This document shows, one piece after another, positions 35,901 through 41,921 of a stretch of 41,921 nucleotides of DNA. Source of the stretch: Chiloscyllium plagiosum (taxonomy: Eukaryota); the NCBI RefSeq assembly GCF_004010195.1, contig NC_057749.1, forward strand, positions 20,752,559 to 20,794,479. The letters run 5' to 3'. Position 1 is the stretch's first letter. Every line of letters starts with the position of its first letter. A program made the translations under genes and the position numbers. The notes under the pieces were generated by a model. The model did not search any database, was not told the origin of the DNA, and was given only the letters and a program-made list of their open reading frames with translations.

Positions 35901-35974
35901 GTTGGACACAAAAGAAATTCAAAGACTGGTAAAGTGTTTTGGGACATCGAGGAAGTGAAATGTGAAGTATTTTA

Positions 35975-36304
35975 TGGGGCAGCATGGTGACTCAGTGGTC
36001 AGCACTGCTGCCTCAAGCTGGGTTCAATTTCAGCCTTAGATGATTGTCTGTGTGGAATTTGTATATTCTTCACATAGCTGTGTGGGTTTTCACTGGATGC
36101 TTCAGTTTCCCCTCACAGTCCAAAGATGTGCAGATTAGGTGATTGGATGTGCTGAAATTGTCTATAATATTCAGCGATGTGCAGGGTAGGTTGATTAGTG
36201 TTGGTAGATGTTGGGTTATGGGGATACAGTAGGGGGCTGGGTCTGGGGGCAGACTCAATGGACCCAACAGCCTCCTTCCGCACTGTAAAGGTTCTATGGT
36301 TCTA
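35975..36304 (+). mobile_element. HE1-type V-SINE, diverged
   Basis: ggggcagcatggtgactcagtggtcagcactgctgcctc head, V-domain, (ttctatg) tail. Confidence 0.85.
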
Positions 36305-36426
36305 TATAAACGCATGTTCTTTCTTGCTGAGTTATACAAAAGTGTCCCATGGTGGGTGTTTGTTGAATTGGCTTAGCTGTGTGCTAAATGCAGCCTGTCA
36401 AATTCACTGTCTGGGCAGATTTGCCT

Positions 36427-36546
36427 AAGGGCTTTTGCCCGAAATGTCGATTTCGAAGCTCCTTGGATGCTGCCTGAACTGCTGTGCTCTTCCAGCACCA
36501 CTAATCCAGAATCTGGTTTCTAACATCTGCAGTCATTGTTTTTACC
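36427..36546 (+). mobile_element. Family A element (single arm, truncated within the hammerhead core)
   Basis: aagggcttttgcccgaaatgtcga... is the reverse complement of 12861-12980. Confidence 0.9.
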
Positions 36547-37254
36547 ACCTAAATATGCCTAACAGCAAAGACAAAGAATAGCATCTGGATGGGGTTGCTG
36601 AATGTTCACTTGCATCTATAGAATCATAACCCAGCACCAGTCAGTTCCTCCAAAAGAAGAAAAAACCTTTATCGAGGATTAAGGTCTTCTAAAAGACTGG
36701 CTCACATCAAAACATGCTGAAATTTAGGAGTAGGACATTTATCACAGCAAATGAAAATAATCGAGAGAAAATGTGGGCTAAAATGGATTGTAATGAAAAC
36801 AGAACAATAGCTAGGCAGGAGAATATTACAGGACATCAATGGTAGTATAAATAGTACAGTTGGTCCTTGTGCCCTATAGAACCAGGCCAAAAGCAATTCA
36901 AATGATACTGAGACTGCAATTTAACTCTTTATGGAAATACTACATAATTAATGGATCATAGTCAAACAAACTCTCTGCTCACCATTTCTCTAGAAATATT
37001 TTTGGAACACAGGAATGCTCACTGAGCTATAAACATGATCACAGCCAAATACATACGGCCATTGCTGATTCAGGAACTACACCTGAAACTCCTGTATCTC
37101 TACAGATTCCGACAGCTCTGCTAAGAGTTTCCAACATACTCTATTTTTGTTTGATTATTCCCAGAATCTGCTTGTTTGGGGATGATGACTTCTCTTGTTT
37201 AACATTCTCTTACTTACATGTGTAAAATAAACTGAATGAATCAATTCCACAATC

Positions 37255-38140
37255 AGTATAGCAAATCAGAGCTCTGGAGTCCTGCCACGTCCAGTTGTGA
37301 AAACTAACTAGAAGAGGAGAAGCCACCATAAATATCCCCAAACTCAGTGATGGAGGAGTGCAACACAAATGACATTACAACATCTTCAGCCTGAATATCC
37401 TCAAGTATCCTGCACTGGATACTGCAAAGACTTTGGACCCTGACAACATCCAAACTATAGTACAGAGGACTCTCCAGCCAAAGTTAGCTGCATTCCTAAT
37501 GAAGATGTTCCAATATAACTTCAATACTGGGATCTCCACAATAATGTGGAAAATCACCCAGATTGCCCTGTTCACAAAAAAAGACAGCATAAATCCAAAC
37601 CAACCAATTAGCAACCCATCGGTGTATTCTTGGCCATCAGTAAAGTGATGGAAAGCATTGCTGACAGTACTACCAAGCAGCACATACTCAGCAAGAACCT
37701 GATCACTGATGCTAAGTTTGGGTTTCGTCAAGGCTATACAGCTCCGCATCACATCACAAACTTTGTTCCAACATGGACAAACGATCTTCTTTTTGTATTA
37801 TTTCATGGGATGTAGACATTGCTGGCAAGGTTCAGTATTTACTTCCCAAATATAATTTTGTTGGACTGAGTTGTTGGGGAATTTCAGATAGCAGTGAATG
37901 GTCAACCATACTGCTGTGAATCTGGAGTTTCATGCAGACCAGACTGAGCAAGAATGACAGATTGCTAATGAATCGGATAGGTTTTTATGACAAACAACAA
38001 TAGTTGTTATGCCCGTCATTACTGGGATTAATTTTCAATTCATATTTTTATTAGTCAATTAAATTTGAATTTCTACTAGTTGCCATGGAGAACTCAAGGT
38101 GAGGTGAGAATGACCGTCCTTGTCATCAAGCATTTGACCA
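37255..38140 (+). mobile_element. LINE2 fragment (RT N-terminal part) interrupted by an S2 SINE
   Basis: DPDNI...FQYNFNTGI...WKITQI and ISKVMESI...LITDAKFGFRQG; resumes gaggtgagaatgacc at ~38100. Confidence 0.8.
37783..38089 (-). mobile_element. SINE family S2, antisense within LINE2
   Basis: Reverse-complement homology to 12230-12480 (gtcaacca..ctgctgtgaatctggagtttcatgcagaccagac). Confidence 0.75.
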
Positions 38141-39700
38141 TCTAAATTTACCCTATATTCCCTTCTCCCTTGTCTGGCTTCCTCTTAAATGCATCCGTAC
38201 TACTCACTTCAATCATTTCCTGTAGTACTGAGTTCCACATTCTTACCACTCTGAGTGGAGTAGTTCTCTTATTGGATTTCTTGGTGACTATTTTATACTG
38301 ATGATCTCGAGTTATGTTTTGACCCATAAGGAAAACATTCTCCCTGTATGCACCCTCTCAAAACCTTTCATAATTTTTAAAGGCCTTTGATACTAAACAC
38401 CTCAGCCTTTTATTTCCTAAGCAAGAAAAAACCCAGCTTGTCAATCCTTTCATATACATCCTTCTACTGTACATCCTCTTTACAATGTCAACGAGAACTG
38501 TATGCAGTACTGTTAAATGTCCTCCCAACAAGGTTTGGAACAGGTTTAGCATCACCTCACTACTTTCAATTATATCCCTTAGAAATAAAACCTAGTGGTT
38601 GTTTTGCTTTTTCTAAATTATCTTGCTGATCTGTGACACAATGTTTTAGTGATTTGTGTATTTGCACTCAAAGATCTCATTGTTCCTTTATGTCCATCTA
38701 GACTTCCACTTTCCACGTGATGTGACCTCATTTTTTGTACCAAAACATAAAACCTCACTCTGCAAAGACAAGTCACTGTAGTTGAAACATTAACCCGGTT
38801 TTTCTCTCCGCAGGTGTTGCCAGACCTGCTGAGTTTCTCCAGCACATTCTGTTTTTGTTACCTCACACATATCTTGAACTTAATTTGATAAACATTTTGC
38901 CTTATTCGGCAAGGTAATTTAATCTGCTTGTAATTAGTTGCCATTCTCCTTTGTATTGACCATTCTACTTAATTGGTGTCATCTGCAAATTTAGAAAAAA
39001 TTTATTTTTGATTCCATAGTTCACAATGTTAATGTAAATTGCGGTGGTTCCAGTACTGATCCTCATGGAACACTACTTCCCACCATCCGAAAGTATTCTT
39101 CACTATCATTCTCTGTCTTCAGTCTTGAAGCCAGCTAATAATTCATTCTGACATCTGTCCCCCAATTCAACACTCTCTGGCCATATTCATTAGTCTGTTA
39201 CAGGCACCTTATTAAACGGCCTTTTGAAAATTCAGATAAACTACATCTGCTGCATAAACACAGTCTCTGTTACCACTTCAAAAAATCTCAATAAGCTCAC
39301 TTTAGCAAGATTCTCTCTTTTGAAATCTATGTAGGCATTTCATTAATACGTTTCCTACTTCTAGACCTTCTATTTTATCCTTGAACAGGGACTATCTTAC
39401 TTTACCAATGGTATTAAGTTGATTGGTATATAATTTCCTGGACATGCTCTGCACTCCCCCCAACCAGTTAGGTATACTGGCTATGTGCACCACATCTATT
39501 TCTAATACATTATTCAATATGAGTAGCAATACCTCTAATTCTTCCCTAGATTCTTTTAGAATATGTAGATCCAACCCATCTGGATCAGAGGTTCTGTCTT
39601 CTTTGAATATTTTCAGTTTATTCAATCAATAACATCCCAAATTTTTAATTGCACTTATCTCATTATTCAAATCATTCAATTTTATTTCTGCCTGTTATAT
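38140..39700 (-). mobile_element. Old CR1 LINE relic
   Basis: KEDRTSDPDGLDLHILKE; ggtgtcatctgcaaattt is KFADDT on the minus strand at ~38975-38992. Confidence 0.8.
38761..38859 (+). mobile_element. Family C element nested in CR1
   Basis: gaaacattaac...gccagacctgctgagtttctccagcacattctgtttttgtt; flanking acctcac at 38752-38758 and 38860-38866. Confidence 0.8.
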
Positions 39701-40132
39701 GCCCCCCACTCTTTGACTTTAAACTCCAGCATCTGCAGTCCTCACTTTCTCTGTTAAATCTGCCTGGTAAATTACTTAATATTTCTTCTATCAGTACCTG
39801 TGATATTATCCTGTCAGCTCCTAAATGGTCCTACTCCCAATACAGCTTCATTTATTTGTATTATGTTCCTATAAAACATTTTACTATTTTGCGTTATGTT
39901 CCTTAATTTCATTGCTCGCCTTTACCATTTTTTTGGCACCTCTTCTACCTTTTGATATTTTGTCTTATTAGGTGGTCCTTTGCTGGTTTAATACTCAATG
40001 TTTCTTAACCCTCAGGTGTGTCTTTATTCACCTAGCTGGACCTATTAATGCTTAGTTTTAGTCTTTTCTTGTTGTGGAATATGAGTTCTATTTTTGTCTT
40101 GGCACATCCCTTTTTAGTACGATCATGTTAAC

Positions 40133-40364
40133 CTGTGGCACTGGAAAAGCATAGCAGGTTAGGCAGTATCCAAAAAGCAGGGAAGTCGATGTTTCCGGCA
40201 TAAGACATTTGTCTGGAATGGCTGATGAAGGGCTTCATCATTCTTGATGAAGACTTATGGTCGAAACGTCAACACCCCTGCTCTTCGGATGCTGCCTGAC
40301 CTGCTGTGCTTTTCCAGCGCTACACCTTTTGACTTTCAGGATGTGCAGTCCTCACTTTCTCCCT
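40133..40364. mobile_element. Family A palindromic element
   Basis: Perfect 10-bp TSD tcatgttaac at 40123-40132 and 40365-40374; inverted arms; core ttgatgaa-gac ttatg gtc-gaaacgtc at ~40244-40270. Confidence 0.92.
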
Positions 40365-41305
40365 TCATGTTAACTTGAATGAGCTACTAGTATCTACAGC
40401 TACTTAATTCTACGTAAAATTAAAAAAATTAAAATCTTTCATGTCAAAAACAAAATCCACAAGATTCATCCCATGACTGGTGCATTTTTATGAAGGTAGC
40501 CCCCAGGATTTTTCTTGTTACCATTTATGAATGAGGTAAATGCTAGAAACTGTACCATAGATAACCACAAGCAGCTCAGGGTAAAAGGTAGGCTTTGACA
40601 CATAATTTAGAAAGTGATCATGTAGGCACACTGTTCTAACTAAGGTGCACATGAATATAACTGACATCACATTATGACAAACGCTGCTCAACACGCAGTG
40701 GGCAATATACCCTCTTCCTACATGAGAAAATATTTGACATATTCAAATTCCATTCTGCACACAGGGTACCCTCTTCCTCTACCTTACCCTCTATTTACAG
40801 GAGAAAATAATTTGACAAATGGAAATTATTTGCTTTAAGGAAAACAGACAAACCTTTTGGTGCACCTCGATTGTGATAATTTTCGCGGGGAGGTGGGAGG
40901 TGGGCGTGGAGACGGATAGGGATGTAGAAAGATCACAAAATTTGCACTTGGGTACAAAATGATCTGGAACGTTCAGAAATCAATCATGGAGTCAATAAGG
41001 TAGAGAGGCAGCCATGAAAGCTGACTGACACTCAGAAACTTGCTTGGCCACAGGAAGATGTTCACTCCACCACCCACATACAAGTTCCCACAGAAACAGG
41101 AGATAGAGAGGCCTGTGAAGGGAGTGGGAGATAGAGACACAGTCAGATCGGGGGGGGGGGGGGGTGAAGGATGGGTTGTGACCCGAGCCCAGTGCAAGGC
41201 CCCATTGTTTGCCCGGTTGGAAATAACCGCAGACCCTTCACTCTCACTGGGGCTGAGAGAGGCTGCTGACACGACAAGCTCACACTCACAAAGACACGAT
41301 CAAAA

Positions 41306-41331
41306 ACACACACACACACTCACTCACTCAC
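41306..41331. repeat. (CA)n/(CACT)n microsatellite
   Basis: acacacacacacactcactcactcac. Confidence 0.85.
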
Positions 41332-41730
41332 TCGCCAGTTACCATTTAGCTCCCGTTCGTCGGCCCGCGGACATCGCTTGGTCACGTGGTTCCTGCCGAA
41401 CCAGCATTCCAGGCCGCCAGGGGCCGTGCGTGCCCCCGCACGTACGGGCGACGCCGTGCACGCATCGCCAGTGCTCCCGCCCGCCAAACGACCGCACTTG
41501 GTGGGTGCGCGCACGTACGGAGAGGCGGGGTCTCGCGGGGCTCCGAACTGGGCCTGCGCGGCGGGCTGGCGTCGTTGGCGGGAAACGGGCGGACAGCAAT
41601 TTTGCTGTCGGCGACCGGGGAATGTCTTGTGTAATTATTAGAAAGATGGTTAGGATTATGTTATGATTGTTTATTACTGTAGCGGCGGGATTAACTATTC
41701 TGCAGCTTAGGAGAGGCGCGAGGCGGTGAC
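41332..41730 (-). promoter_or_regulatory. CpG island / probable promoter and first exon of a minus-strand gene
   Basis: The only non-repeat CpG-dense, GC-rich segment. Minus-strand donor GGCGA|gtgagt (intron starts 41331), alternative AATG|gtaact (41342). E-box CACGTG 41383-41388, palindrome gtgcgcgcac 41505-41514, GC-box-like aggcgggg near 41523. Confidence 0.7.
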
Positions 41731-41778
41731 TTTTCCTTATGATGGTTGTCAAAGCGCAGTGTTGATGCTTCGTATTAT

Positions 41779-41921
41779 ATAGAGTCATAGAGATGTACAG
41801 CATGGAAACAGACCCTTCGGTCCAACCTGTCCATGCTGACCAGATATCCCAACCCAATCTAGTCCCACCTGCCAGCACCCGGCCCATATCCCTCCAAACC
41901 CTTCCTATTCATATACCCATC
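41779..41921 (-). mobile_element. CR1/HER1 LINE 3' end
   Basis: atagagtcatagagatgtacagcatggaaacagacccttcggtccaac, the same tail type as at 26868 and 30668; runs off the window edge. Confidence 0.92.

Noticed and set aside
41040..41887. Long overlapping ORFs (208 and 182 aa)
   Set aside because: Expected stop-codon scarcity in GC-rich DNA; they span a microsatellite or a CR1 tail and show no recognisable domain.

Overview
Vertebrate, repeat-dense non-coding DNA, most likely from a shark. The evidence is HE1-type V-SINEs, their HER1/CR1 partner LINEs and DeuSINE-like relics; the species cannot be fixed from the sequence. I find no intact protein-coding gene: the recognisable ORFs are pieces of dead CR1/L2-group LINEs and one Penelope-like element. 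A CpG-rich promoter with a probable minus-strand first exon lies at ~41.3-41.7 kb, so most of the window may be intronic to a gene I cannot identify. Most notable observations: (1) a Penelope-like element with an 11-bp TSD and a minimal hammerhead-ribozyme motif, plus about a dozen short, often palindromic, TSD-flanked elements in three families, many retaining an intact or decayed version of the same core; (2) a ~490-bp inverted duplication next to a 30-bp triplication and an inverted CR1 segment; (3) a degraded histone H2A pseudogene missed by the ORF track; (4) clustered HRE/E-box motifs at the CpG island; (5) several small insertion or repair scars. Repeat family names come from recalled motifs, and boundaries are approximate unless a TSD is quoted.
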